Positions 11,093-24,715 of a stretch of 64,000 nt of DNA are shown piece after piece. The first letter of the stretch is position 1; each line of letters starts with the position of its first letter. A program made the position numbers and the translations under genes. The stretch is from Microthyrium microscopicum (taxonomy: Eukaryota): the NCBI GenBank assembly GCA_010405405.1, contig MU004242.1, positions 977,769 through 1,041,768 of the forward strand. Direction: 5' to 3'. Under the pieces are notes generated by a model that saw only the letters and a program-made list of their open reading frames with translations, was not told the DNA's origin and made no database searches.

Positions 11093-13252
11093 TTATATCA
11101 AAACAACAATTTCTCTATCCCTCAACTGCAGTGCTTCATCCAATGACTCTGCTGCCCAATATTCTGGCGGATTATTTTGCTGATAATAACCATCTTTGGA
11201 ATATGAATACCAAAGACCAACCCTTTCGTAATTACCATTACCTTGACGATATAGAACCAATCCACGAACCTCCGACTCTTGCCGCACAATCGCCAATCCA
11301 AAGAAGAGACCGTTTTGATTCGCTGCCTTGAGTACGGAGTTCAAGTTTAGGTCTGGCTCGACTGTGATTCCTCCACGCTCTTCAAACTCTGCATCGTAGC
11401 CCTTCCTTGTAGGCGTCAATACAAGGGATATTAAAGGTCCTTGGAGCGTAAGCGTGGCAGTTTTGAGTTGGCCAAAAGGATCGTGATCAGACAGCGGCAC
11501 ACAATCTACTGAAAGTACCGAAAAGTACAAAGATGACCCAGGATCGCACATGTAACTGCTGGTACCGCTTCCACAGCTTACCCAAGACCAAGTCGGCGCT
11601 TGTGCATCAACCTTTCTTTTCTCTGGTTTAGATCGATGAGGCATTACCCAAAGAAGGTCGTTATGTAAGTTCTCAATCCAGAGACCAGCAGCGTACGTGG
11701 TTCCATAGTTGCTGGAGAAACGGCGGGCCAGACCAGACATGGCTGGGAAGCGATCCTTTTCGTATGTGAGATTTAGGTCGGAGTATTTCGATATCATTTG
11801 TCTCCAATGACTGAAGTGGCGAGCTTCCGATTGATATTTGGTCCCAAATTCACTGACTGTAGTAACAACGGGCTGAGCGGTGCTTGTAGATGACCACAGC
11901 TTATGCTTGCTGGAGGTGCTATTTGATACTGCGCTGCTCCATATTTGGCTTTTGCTTCCATAATCCCTGCCCAAAGAGGAGTCTTCCAATGTGCAGCAAG
12001 AGCACATTATTTCATGCATGCATTCATAGACCAGTTCCCCATTGCAGAAATGTATGACCCTTGGAGACAACAACATCTCCTGTGCGACCCATCCTCGAGT
12101 CAAAAGAGGAAATCTGTCACTCGTAACTTCGCCAGGATGAGCATGTTTTGGTTGTTCACAGATGAGCAATTTAGCCTTGCCGTTGTTGATCTCCACTTCT
12201 CCAGTCTCGGAAAACAAGCCTACAGTCCCATCCGAGGCTCTAGTGGCGGCGATTGTGATGAACGCGGAGGAGTATATATCAGCCATGCTGCCACTGTGTT
12301 CCAGCCAATCCTCCTCGGAATCTTGAAGGATACATAACGAGTCTATCCAGATGTAACGTATCTTGAGATATCGCAGGAACGTTATTGCTTCTTGAAAGGT
12401 TTTCGGTAGGTCGTTCCATACAATGCCATCCATGTATTGGTGGAGCGATCTGGTCTCAGTGATGAAGGCCTTGGACTTACCCCAGCAATGACTTAAGCAA
12501 GCGTAATCGTCTCGTTCTCCACTGGTTTCCTTGAGCCGGATGGATCCATGATTCGTAATGTCGATAATACGTTTGGGTAGCAGAGACTTCTGCGATGATC
12601 TCGAAGCATCAATCGCACGACATGCGGAGTGTGTCTTAAGGCATTTCTTAAGCCGAGATTGAACCCAATCAGCTGCTGAATCAGAACCCGTGTTCCCGAA
12701 TAATGCTGTAGACTTTGCGCTGCGCAATTGAAACCAGGGAAGTTGTTTGCTGCCGTCTGTTCATCAGATTGTTTAGTAGTAATTCCCTTCTGCTGGAAAG
12801 TCACTCGGCGTACCTTTCAAAATAATATCGTAAGTTCGGCCATTGATCACATTGTCATATTTTGCATCATCACGAATGCCAATATTAATCTTCATTGCGC
12901 TCTTCCTTGCCATGAAGATAGATTTGTCTGATTGGTCTTGGGACTTGAATCTCTGCAAAACTGCGCCAACTGATAGATTTGGTAAGGTTACAGCCACCAA
13001 CGCTACATCGTCGACTTTCTTCAGGCTCTCTGTATCAAGAACTTGTTGTAGAGCTGCTTGTACGAAAGCGCAAATTTCGCAACCTCTGAGTGCCGCTAGA
13101 GATAACTCTACGGGGGTACAACGGAATCGTCCATCATATATACCTGTAGATCCTGACCGAGGAGAGGCTTTGAGTTTTCTGCAATTCGAGCAAACCTTTG
13201 TCGCAGTTTGTTTTGTTTGACTTTTAGCTTGGAAGGGAAGCTTGAGTGGCAT
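11093..13252 (-). CDS. HET-domain (heterokaryon incompatibility, TOL-like) protein
   Basis: LPKRIIDI, YACLSHCWG, LPKTFQEAI, YIWIDSLCILQD, MADIYSSAFITIAA, LLTRGWVAQE, APTWSW. Intron 12757-12813 joins the 159-aa and 544-aa ORFs in frame. Confidence 0.9.
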
Positions 13253-13685
13253 CGTGAAACCAGATGCCGTAACGAGTTAGCACAATAGAGTCAAAAACAA
13301 TTGATACTGGTTGAAGTGAAGATTATTGGAGACGCCGACTCGATTGATTTTTGTACTTTTTAAAGCACTCGGGAGTCATGTGGTGCTCGGTGCTTCCAGA
13401 CAGCTGAATCGACCACTTGGCAGTGTTGGCACTCATGCAGTGTAGCTGATAGCCAATCTTGTCCAGGTCGTTAACGTCTCATGCCCATCGATTTTCTTGT
13501 ACAGCTCGGCAACTTTCATTATCATTAAGGTACTCTCAATTTTGTGAAAGTAACTCAAATAGGTTACGAAATTTTGACACATCCCCGTCCACCTTGATCA
13601 TAGACTCTCCATTGGCTTCATGATCGTGGCTCGCTTTGATCAAAATGTCATCAGAAACGGTGTGTATGATGCACCTGCCTCATTG

Positions 13686-14252
13686 TTACTGCGTTGTAAT
13701 TTTATTCTCGTGTAAATGCGTTGCCAGTGGTTTCAGTATCATAGGCATCTCCAGTTCCGGACATTTGTCGATAACACTGCCTTCATAAGAAGTCAAATTT
13801 GTTGTTCGGTCTGGCTTGCGCTTGCCCCAAGACCAGCTCCCACAGCAGCTCGATTTTGCTCCCTCCAGGTCTGTCTGTGTATAGCCACAGCAAGTATGGC
13901 CAGGGTAGTTGAGGAATTTATAAGGTCCGTACATCCAGATTGCCGTAATAGGCCAAAAGAAGGCAAAGAATGCGACTGCAAATCTGGTGAGTAAGCTCCA
14001 GCAGCCATCTTGGTGGAGATGTGGCCATCTTTTCCATGCTATATTCAACCACAGACCAAAGAATATTGGCCAGAATCCGACGTGAATGATTGCATACGTA
14101 GCCAATACACCTATAAGAACCGTATTGGTGTCATCATTGTTTCCATGGTGGGTAGCTGCGGATCCAATGCTTGAGCTGGATGTTGTTTGCGTCAGCGTCG
14201 ATGTTAAGGTGCTTGATTGTTGCGTTGTGTTGATCATGGTGGAGTTGGGCAT
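13686..14252 (-). CDS. Hypothetical small membrane protein (Ser/Thr-rich N-terminus, two TM segments, CC motifs)
   Basis: ATG-started 188-aa ORF; hydrophobic VLIGVLATYAIIHVGFWPIFFGLW and FAVAFFAFFWPITAIW; TCCG and SCCG. Confidence 0.6.
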   Translation of the reverse strand: MPNSTMINTTQQSSTLTSTLTQTTSSSSIGSAATHHGNNDDTNTVLIGVLATYAIIHVGFWPIFFGLWLNIAWKRWPHLHQDGCWSLLTRFAVAFFAFFWPITAIWMYGPYKFLNYPGHTCCGYTQTDLEGAKSSCCGSWSWGKRKPDRTTNLTSYEGSVIDKCPELEMPMILKPLATHLHENKITTQ

Positions 14253-15163
14253 TTCGTCTCGGGTAATAGAGGGTTTATCACGAAAGCCAAGTGGATTGGT
14301 TCTAAGACCATTAGATTTGGGGAGTGAATGTTAATTTGGAGTAACCTTGAGCAGTTCTTGGAGGTTAGTCTTTACCTTAACCTTTTAAGTGCCGAACAAT
14401 TCCTTCGGCCTTCTCAAAGGGGAGGCAGATTTCTCTAGTCTGAATACTTCAGTCATAGTATGCTTCTCTCTGCCACGGATTCCAGCTTGAATGCTTTTTG
14501 GGGGCCATTCAGTCCACCTGCAGCTCCGTACAGACAAACAGTGGCGCAGTTCTCGACTTTTCGCCTTCATATTACAAGGCTTCTGGCAGACAATTCAAGG
14601 TAGTGAGCCTGGAACCTCTACACTATCAAAGCGGCCTCGAATATTGCTGCGGTTGCTATTGGGGCGAGGCTTATTCCAGCCTTTGCATGTTGTGGTAAAT
14701 TCGTGGATAAGGCTGACAGCCTCATTCATGGTATTAAACTAGCATGTTTGGAAAGAAAAGCCACTTTCCTTTCATCTATGGCAAATCGAGTATTGGAAAA
14801 TAGCTGAGATGAGATTGAAGGTATTGCGTGACTTGTCGACTTGGAAAAAGGTCTCGATACTTACTCAATAGTGTGTGCATCTCGTTGTATGACCACACCG
14901 GTGTCATTCTGCGCGAGGATATGATAAAACTGAAAGCTGCCACAGTCGTGATCCGCAAGAAGAAATTGAATACAATGGTCTGTGAGCCATTTTTATTCCT
15001 CTACGGCGTATTTGTATTGCGCAATTCACTATTCAAAGAGAAAAATGCTCTTCATTCCAATGTATGCCTACTACACTTGTGAACACCGAAAGAGGCAGAC
15101 CATGACCCCAATTTCGCCTTGCAGAGGAACAACAGAAAGATACCTACAGGCAAAAGTGGCCAA

Positions 15164-16115
15164 TTAAGCCTTCTTCTTTAGTATGCCCGAGATCCTAGGC
15201 AAGTAGGAATACGGATCATCAGCAACTTCAATCTCGCCAGGATTTTCCCACTCCCCAGCAGCAAGAATATCTTTCCTGATATCTCTATTCAAGCAACACC
15301 CGACGAACTGGCTGAAAGCAGGATTGAGCGCAGCTATTTCCCACGTCAGTTTTTCTTCAACAACAGCAACACACAGGCTCGACAAGAATAACCAATACTT
15401 ACTTTGCGTTAAAGCCGTGATACTATCCTGATTCTTCACATGCTCCCAAAAGATGAAACTACCACCCGGCTTCAACAATTTATACACCTCCTTCATCACA
15501 CTCTTCACGTCTCCTACTGAGCACAGCACCTGTATACTGGTCACAGTATCCAGACTGCCCTCTGTGACGCCCTCTCGTCTCAAAATATCGCTGTCCTCAA
15601 CACCACATGCCAAGAGCTTATATTTGTGTTCTAGATCAGCTTTTTGGAGCTTTGCGGCAATTTCTTCACTATAGTTGGAATTTGGGTCAACCGCATATAT
15701 GAACTCCACACGGGACTGGTCGTAGCGGTGGATTTGGTTGCCTGGCCCGGGGCCTAATTCGAGGATTTTGCCGTAAGCCTGAGAGACGAGAGACGGGACA
15801 TTGGTGGTATTTTCAAAGGCGATGAAGCCGGCGGCTGTGCTCAATTATTAGAATTCATATGGTGAGACAGAGGAGGGGTAGTTACAAGTGACAATTAGAA
15901 GTTTGGCTAGGGCGGCATCTCGAATACGTTGTGGATGGGCCAGTGATGTAACACCTTCCTCGCGGATTACCTTTTTCAGAGCGGCGTAGTGTACTGGATA
16001 ATAAATCAGTAAACGGATAGATATCGGTCAGTGTACTGGAGATGGAGCTACATTGGATGGATAGCCAGATGAGCTGGAACAATCTGACGAGGCCAGTGAT
16101 ACGTGGACCTGCCAT
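15164..16115 (-). CDS. Methyltransferase type 11 (METTL7/TMT1-like)
   Basis: GKILELGPGPG, VLCSV, LLKPGGSFIFWEH, GCCLNRDI; introns 15994-16051 (weak donor GTAGCT), 15835-15885, 15334-15402. Confidence 0.85.
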
Positions 16116-19085
16116 ATTCCTTGACCTTATATTATTTAGTATGAACATGAAAATACAATTTATGGCAATGCAGTAATAACTTACAAAGTCTTATTGGATC
16201 TTATAGAAGAGATTTCAATTTATGCAAAACATAACTTTTCCGTTGTGGAGTATAAGAATCCAAGTTGGTAGAATTCGAAAAGTGTTCGTTTAGTATAATT
16301 AATGCCGATCATATATGCTCTAAGCTAGAGTATATTCGGACCGGCTCCGTTCGTGCTTACAGGCATTATCTCGCCATCAACACCTTTGAGCTTTCAACTC
16401 CAACACGCACAAAAAAATTAGTTGCCTAGTCCAAGTTTTGAGATCCGGTATTTGCTAAATGAAAATGTTAGAAAATGTCAATTACTGACTTTTGCGGGCT
16501 ATGTAAATGACAGCACTACTGGAGCCTCTTAGAATCCGTGGATAAGCAATTTGATATGTTGAAGGAGTTGAGCCTTTTCTTACACAAACTGAGATGTCGA
16601 TTAATAGCTTGAATAAGGCGGCGGAACGATCAATCTCATTGAGAATGATATTACATTAATCGGATAAGAATATGTAAGTTGTATGTTGCTGAGATGATAC
16701 TATATAACTTGCACAACTTCATCCCGAGATCTACTTCATGCAAGTACTTTGAGTAGTGCATCTAGTGAGTGGAATATGACTGCGTTGTCATAGATGGAAG
16801 AACTGAATGCAATGGAGGTAAAAAAATTATTTTGTAGTGACGCGACATGCAGAATCCTACATGGAGAAGCGAGTGCCGCTTTCAAACTCTTAAACGAGCC
16901 GACTTGCAACTGTAGTTATTAGGCAATCAATATCATACCTACACCGCGCATGTACTTGCGCTTTTAACACAAGTTGGTAGAAATTATTCGCATAGTATTC
17001 AGTCCTTATCCAGATCACTGCCAATTATCGCACTCGCCGATATTGCTGTCCGCCTTGCATAGCCAGCTGAGACTGAACCTACAGAGTTGAAGCCCTTACC
17101 ATCGACAGAGAACAAGAGTAACAACACTTGATAGGACAACCACCCAAGTGAAATTACGCATATTCGGAGAATCCAGGAACAAAGCAATATCAAAGGAACC
17201 TCCAAAGCACAAGGAACACTCATCCCAACCTCCAATGCATAAGCACAAAGTTCAGGCCCCTTGCCTCCCCCAGACTCCGATCCCACGTTGTGACTCTTCC
17301 AATCCCCGTCCATAGGACACCAACGAACTCTGCCTGGCCCATCACCAACACCACCCACCAGCATTGATAGCACCATAGAACCACAAACAAAACAATTCCA
17401 TGTCCACACTTTCTTCTTCTTCACCGCTATTTCCCCTGCGTATCCTCAAGGATGTGACGGGACACTGACATCATGCAAGTATCCCCCCTCCACACTTGCA
17501 GACAAACACCCCTCTATCCAGTCTTGTTTTGAACGCGGGCAAGCGGGTCCAAACCCATCACCAGAGCAACAAACAAACCCAACGCGCTCTGCAGGGCCTG
17601 CACAATCTCGCAGTTACTAGTAAGGCTAGCCAATGGCACCGCGTATCGTGCATTCAGAAGCTTTTACCGAGCATCATCGCCAGCTGACGAAGTTAATTTT
17701 GATACAAGCGAGTAGCGATGACCGGTATCAACAAGCGAGTAAACTGTCCGCTACGCAAGACTATTGGTGCGCATTGCATGGCGGGGCGATGTTTCGTATC
17801 GACGGATACATGAAAACAAGAACGTTAAGCGGGGAAGATATGACGGCAGTGGGGACGATGGTGGTATCAATTTTGATGGAAGGGTCAGTGGTGGTGTGCA
17901 TGTTGCATGAAGAAATACGATGGATTGCAGGAATTAAATGTGATCTTTTGTCTGGAGTGTGCAGATGGTGCGGACCGCTTGCATACAAAAAGTGTTCGCG
18001 AGGAAGGGTTCGCCTTGAATCGGGGGCAGACGTGCATTTCACGCGTTGTTTACAAAAAGCTTGACGCGTCTTCCATTTCTTGCAAAGTGTCGGAGAGCTC
18101 TCCGAGCTTTTAAGCTTCATCTTTGTTGAGCCGCAAATGATCAACAAATTCTTTCGCTTGTCTTTGACAATTGCAGACAAAATCTATCGCCCGTTGAATA
18201 TCTTTCTCGGCTGATCAGCGCGTTGAGAAAGAACGCCTTTTGAGCCGCGATGGAGTTGCGCCATGCGAGAAGGAAGCGTCAAAACCTTGACGCTTTTCAG
18301 ACAGCGGGCCTGTTACAGCTCGACTCAACACGCCATGGCATAAGCAAGGGCCATGACCAGAACTAGCCACTGGCTTTCAAGAGCGCCGACAAGTGACTAT
18401 CGCAAGCTAGCTGAACGCCATGTACGTGATCGTGTCTGGTTGTCAGGTGTGCCCCAGTCGGCCTTGCCGTGCCTTTTGTGTGGGGGATATCGAACATGTG
18501 TTGTTGTTTAAACGAAATATTAAAAAAAGCAAAGGCACTTCAGCTTACAAGATACCTATTCTTGGGAATGGGAAAGGCGGTTAGGTAAATGAATTGCAAT
18601 AAAAACCTTTTGACCTGGTTGCGAGTCGAGAGCCTTGCATTGTCTTCTTTGACTTGAGTTGCTTGACCGAGGCGCTTTGAGCAAGCAGCAGCGAGTCGGC
18701 GGCGGGGTTCGGAATGGCGAGCAAATATGAACAGACAGCTTGGTGGACCGAGCAGCATGCTCATCGCTGGCCAAGCAGTGGACAGAAACGGACAGAGCAG
18801 GCTGAGGCTCTCCAGGATGACCCACAGTCCACTGTAGCGTGGCGCATGGGCAGGGCGGAACAAAGAAAGAAAAAAGGCGCCAAGCGGCCAGTCTCTGGGA
18901 GCACGCGAGATGTGGAAAGCTGCTGGATGGATTGCAGGGGCCCGACGGGCCAGTTGCCTTGACGAGGACAAGGAAGAATTTCAATGGATCTCTGGGGCAT
19001 CATAGAAGCCGTTTATGGTTTCTGCTAGGGAGGTGCAGAATGGGCATTTGAACGAATCCATTGGCGAGGGACATGGAGCAAAGTA

Positions 19086-19314
19086 CCGTAGCTTTCGCAT
19101 CAAATGCAGGTTTGATTAACCGCTTTTGGCAATCCCAAATTTGGGCTTACTACTTAGTAATTTTAGGGGACCCTAGGGGACCCTACCTAGCGCTAACTTT
19201 TGTTCACACATGAAATTAATCCTCTACTTATCATTGGTGAAAGATATTGGTCATCCCAAATTTGGGATTGCCAAAAGCGGTTAATCAAACCTGCATTTGA
19301 TGCGAAAGCTACGG
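19086..19314. mobile_element. MITE (non-autonomous Tc1/mariner-pogo-type), 229 bp, perfect 60-bp TIRs, TA target-site duplication
   Basis: 19086-19145 is the exact reverse complement of 19255-19314 (ccgtagctttcgcatcaaatgcagg...aatcccaaatttggg). TA flanks at 19084-85 and 19315-16; no coding capacity. Confidence 0.9.
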
Positions 19315-20710
19315 TAGTTCACCAAAACCATGGTTTGTAACAGAGCCTTGCTGGATCGTGATCAGGATGGGTTATAAGATTGGTATTATGGTGATCATAG
19401 TGATCGGGGGCAAGAAATAGATTGGGGAGTGGGCCAGTAGTGTGGACTCTGCAGGTACGGATTGCCGCAAGTGGGATAGAGTCGATAGACACGAGAATGC
19501 GTTGGCCTGGCAAAGCATTGAGCAAGCAAAGCACAGAAGCTTTTCTGGGACCACTACTTGGACGCGCGACTGGAGGAGAGATAACACAAAGGATAAACGT
19601 GCGCGTACTGGCGGAGCAACCAAAGCTTGCTTGCCTTGCCTTGCGTGCCATGCCATGATTTTTGAACACAATGCAAGGTGGAATCGGATAGCGAAGCGGC
19701 TAGAGAATGAAGGTCGGAACTGTTCCGAAGCTTGAGCTTGTCATTGAACAAAGTATTCTCCTGATATTTGGTAATTCGTATATTGAACAATGGAGTGGAG
19801 GTATTCAATATTGAAGATATCTCTTGACCATTGGTGAGGGTTAAGCGCTCAGTGGAATGATGAATTTGGGCTGTTTTTGGTCGAGATCTCCATGGGCGTC
19901 TGGTTCATTCAATGACATTCATCGGCAGGTTTTTGGTCTGAGCAAACCATGTTCCCTTTGTCAGTACTAGTTTGGGCTTAGATTCTAAGAAAACAGCTTT
20001 AAAACTCCAAAATCAAGGTAGAATCTGGGCAAAAAGCGAACAGGGTTGCCGTTGACAACTGGATGCACCACGGCGCCTGCTGTGAAGCCTCTCCCGTTCC
20101 CTGCTCAAGGCTTAAGCTGCAGCCGCTCTGGCTCACCATCAATCCACCACCATCTGCTAAAGCTTCTAAAGCTAGCCTTCTCCTCTTCTCTTTCCAGGTT
20201 TCTGTTTCCTACAGATTTCACCTCTACATCCAGAGTGTGAGGAAACAGTAGCCAGGAACGGAGGAGGCCCTTTACATCTCTACCCTACCATCACCTCTCT
20301 ACCTATTTCTCTCTCTTACCCTCCCTCTAGAGAAAGAAGGTTCAGCCTGACCGGGTCTTGCTCAACACCAACCATTGAGCATCGTGCCTTCTACAACTCC
20401 TCCCAGGCTCCTTCCACCTCTATCTCCCCTCCTCCGGCTCCCGGCCACTTCCTACTACTTCTTACCTTCAACTCAATCCATTTGCCTCGTGGCTTTTGGG
20501 TAGCAATTGCTTCAACAGTCCCAGATTCCGCCCCACCCTCTGGTTCTGCAGCAACCGTCACTCCCGCCTACAGCCTCATATCCTTAAAATCCCATCAACT
20601 CTCTCTCCGACTCTACCTTTTCCCACCCATCCGCTCCAATTCTACTCGCCTCAAGGCCTCCTCTATCGAACAGCATATACTCCCAATTTTAAACGGCATT
20701 TGCTTCTCGC

Positions 20711-20728
20711 ATGCTTAGCTTCTACTGA
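20711..20728 (+). promoter_or_regulatory. Putative uORF (MLSFY*) in the ATG-poor leader of cdc25
   Basis: Only ATG between 20066 and 20887; transcript start unknown. Confidence 0.4.
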
Positions 20729-20887
20729 GCTTCTTTCGCCTGTCGATCGTCGCACTCGCTCTCCAGTTCCTGCAATCGTTCCACATTCGCATCGTTGCGT
20801 CTCTCGCCCTACAATTCCAAATTCATTTGCACGTCTATTCGATCAATTGCTGTTACTCCCTAGTGACAGCATTTCACAATTGCTACC

Positions 20888-22748
20888 ATGGCCATGTTAT
20901 CGTCGCCATTGGCGGCCATGCAACCGCCGCCTTGTCCTTCTCGTAGAGGATGGGGATGTGGAGACATGGGCGAGTCGTTACCTCGTAGTAATGGTGCTGG
21001 TAGTTTTGGACGCTCTTCAAAGTTCAATTTTGCTGAATTGGCTATGAGCAAGGATTATTTCAGTCAAAAGCTTTCTGTTCGGGGTTCTTCGCCTTCTGCC
21101 AGCCTTGCCGCAGATCTTTCACAGAACTTTTGCATAGATCAGAGGTTTGTTTTTACCAAGTAACAAAACCATTTGAATCCTACTAATTCGTACAGTCCTC
21201 AATATCCAACTCCTCGGAGATCTTTGTTCACTTCTGGTTTATTTGCTGGTTTGAACCGTCAAGGTACGTTTATATCTCCCCATTCCTCGTGGCATGCATA
21301 CTTATATGAGAAAAATAGAAGGTGCTACAACACCACCCATCCGTCAGCCATGGGAAAGCGTTACCACACCTCCAGTACCATCCTCATCTCCTGGCTTTGG
21401 CAACGATGCCATGGACATGTCACCATTACCCCATAAGCCAGCCTTTTCATTCGCTTCAAAACTTAGTATCGAGTCCCCAAGTCGAAAGTCTCCATCAGAT
21501 GACGATATGATTTCTCCATGTGATACCACACCAGTCCCTTCCATGGACTTGAAACCTTCTTTTGCAGAGTATGATACCTTTGACTCTTATCTTGCCAATA
21601 GCTAACCAAATTCAGACGTCGAAAGTCCATCCTTAATCGTCCTTCCCTAGCTCGATCGAAATGCCTTTCCACGTCGAATATCGTTCCTCGAGTCAAAGAT
21701 AACCAGCTTCCTGCCTTTACGTTTGGAGCCGGTAGCTCTACTACAACTTATACTCTATCAACTTCCTTGGATGAATCTTTTCAGGAATCACCCGTTCAAG
21801 AACGAAACATGTTTACGAATAACTTTCCTTCCAACTCTCGTTCACGGTTCCAATCACATAGTAATGCTCTAACTCGAGGGACCGGCTCTCCTCTCCATGG
21901 CTTAACGAAAAAGGCAGCGCCTGCCGCAGGACGGCCCAGAAAACTCTATCGACGGACACTCAGCATGTTTGAGCACCCAGCAGATGTAATGAAGAATCAG
22001 AAGCAAGAGACGACGCTTGATGTGGTAATGGATGTTGATGAGGCCTATCAATTAAAGCTTCCAAACTTTATTCCGGAAGACAAGCCTGATAGCTTGCCAC
22101 GAATCAACCAGGACACGATGATCTCGATACTCAATGGCCAGTACAATGAACATTACGGTCAAGTGATGGTTATTGACTGTCGCTTCGAATACGAATATGA
22201 TGGTGGTCACATTAATGGTGCCACAAACTTTAACGACAAGGAGAAGCTTGCACGGCATCTCTTTGACTCGGCCATAACCAACAACACTCTTCTGGTTTTC
22301 CATTGCGAATACAGCGCGCATCGCGCACCACTCATGTATGATATCCCTTTTGCATTCATCATACATCTCGCTAACCAATCACAGGGCCAAATACATACGC
22401 CAACAAGATCGAGCCATCAACGCCGTCAACTATCCCAATCTAACATATCCAGAAGTGTACATACTGGATGGCGGCTACAGCTCCTTCTTCAACAATCACC
22501 GTTCACGATGCTTTCCACAAAGTTATGTCGAAATGGACGCTAAAGAGCACGAACAGGCTTGCGAACGCGGCCTCAACAAGATTCGCCAACAGCGAAACAA
22601 ACTTGGTCGAGCTGCAACGTTCGCCTTTGGCCAATGCTCTCAAAATCAAGAAAGCCCCAGTCGTCCCAGCAGTGCACACCGCAGCAACACGGATTGTGAC
22701 TTGTTCTCGAGTAGGATATTTCCTAGAAGAGGAGTATCATATCCTTGA
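20888..22748 (+). CDS. cdc25: M-phase inducer tyrosine phosphatase Cdc25 (Mih1/NimT)
   Basis: SLAADLSQNF, VIDCRFEYEYDGGHINGA, catalytic HCEYSAHRAP, YPEVYILDGGY; introns 21145-21195, 21264-21318, 21569-21615, 22336-22384. Confidence 0.95.
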
Positions 22749-24715
22749 ACACGCTCACCATCCACCAATTCCACCATCCATCCTGTCCGACCAGCCTTTT
22801 TGCCAATATCCGTTGCTTTGCTTTGTTTATGCAACAGACTTTACGGAATTGGATCCTCCAGAGTTTGAATGCTCCCGAGTCTCCTCATTGTTGGCACCGG
22901 CGTTGTTGGATTGAATGATTCTCAATCAACCTTTCATGAAAACTTGTATTATATACCCACACCATTGAACTTTTTATGCTAGTCTTAGCCAGAAAGGAGT
23001 TCTTTGGACAGATTCTTGGTTTTGTTAAACTGAAGAACCACCTTTTTTTTATTTTTGCTCAGCCTGTGCAAGGCAGTTGTAGAGCAAATCTTACTACCAC
23101 TACTACCCAAACCCAATTGCTGCCGCATTTTTTGCATCGCGGTCTTCATTTTGTTGTATTGAAGGATTCAATTAGCAAGGGATCTATCTTCTTACGAGGA
23201 GTTGTCCCGATAAAAAAATCAAAATCCATTAATAAAATGATTTTAACACAAACAAACTTTTGCCTTGTTGAATGGAATTGATGTGTGGATAGGCCTCCTT
23301 GTCCTTGTCCATTTCACCCATGAACTCATCCTGGTGATTTGCTTTTGGGCGGTTTCGAATGGTTGTCCGTCCGTGGATGGTGATGATGCTGGTCCTGGCT
23401 CCTGGCCCATGTGCCTGTTTCTGCGAACTTTCCATGATCCTGGAAGTCAACGGGTGTTTTTTACATGGACTGTTCTTTGCGTTCGCAGAGATGCAGAAAA
23501 ATAAACATGAGACTAATATGTTCGTGGCTGTGTTTAATGGTTGGTACCTTGTCCAAAGCACCAATATCAGGTTCTCGTATAGCTCAACTGATATGCTATC
23601 AAAACAACAAATTCAATCTCATGACCACCATACTCAGCCTCACCGACATCGCCGATGAACCGGCCGGTATATCGGCAATATGGTCCTGATGGACTCAGCA
23701 CTAACAGTCCCGCCGAGCCGCGATTCTTTCACCTGCCATTTCTGGTCATGTCTACAAGGCTGGCTGTCACGCACAAACATAGCATTTAGCCAATCACGAA
23801 CCCTCTTATCCTTCAATGATCCAATTTACAGCAGGGGAAAAAACCGACGAACCAGTCAGAATCGAGTCCGCCGAAGAGTTACAACCAGATGACTGGCCAG
23901 TGGCAGACAGTTGCTAGCGATCATTGATGGGTAAGATGGTGTTTACCGACACTTATCGGCCTACAAAGCCGAATCGGCGATTCAAAGTGTTTCTAAAAAG
24001 CCGCTCACGTCACGTCTGAATGCGCTGGCAGCTGTTAGATGAGACATTGATACAAGGCAGTTAGTGCGATCGTGATGTGCGGCGGTTATCGACGAGAAAA
24101 CGCTTTGATACTTTGATTCCAAGGACAAAGGTTGGGAAGTTGTTGTTGTTTTGCTGATCGTTTTGGTGCACGGACCATATTGAATAAAATGGATAAAATG
24201 GATCAAGTGGACGCGCTGGGACTTTTGCTTGGCGAAGATACCTGGTAGACGGTAAGCGCGAAGGGGACGCGGATTCACGTGAATAGTTGGTTGGTTGGAG
24301 GGCTTGGAATTTATATTGGAATCTGGATGTTGGTTGGAGTGGAGTTTTGGTGATTGGGATTTAGAGTATTGTTTGGGTGGTAAATGTTGGCAGTTGTGGG
24401 TTTTTGACGTGGGCTTTGACGAGGATGTTGGCGGCTTTGAGGATATCCGAATTTGTGAGATCGAGATCGATATTTTGGTTTGATAGGGAGACATAGCTGA
24501 TGCTTGGAGAGTACTATCCATCTCATCTACATTCTAAAGAATCGAGATTGGAATCTTAAAGTTCAAGGTTGACGTGATGGCGATAGAGTTCAAACACGCT
24601 AGTGGAGTCTATCACGAACCACGCGCGCGCTCACGTGTACCACTTTCCAGCTCCATACACTTGACCATCATCAATCGTTATATCGCAATTCTTAATGCAT
24701 TGACTTCCATTAGCC

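Noticed and set aside
18274..18295. 9-bp hairpin AAGCGTCAA-AACC-TTGACGCTT followed by TT
   Set aside because: Resembles a bacterial terminator but the context is eukaryotic, and the length is within chance expectation.
16999..20251. Many 60-143 aa ORFs between the methyltransferase and cdc25
   Set aside because: They overlap on both strands, mostly use non-ATG starts and show no motifs; consistent with non-coding regulatory DNA.
23982..24521. 179-aa minus-strand ORF divergent from SLD5
   Set aside because: Low-complexity product of a GT-rich stretch with no recognisable domain; an orphan gene or lncRNA cannot be excluded.
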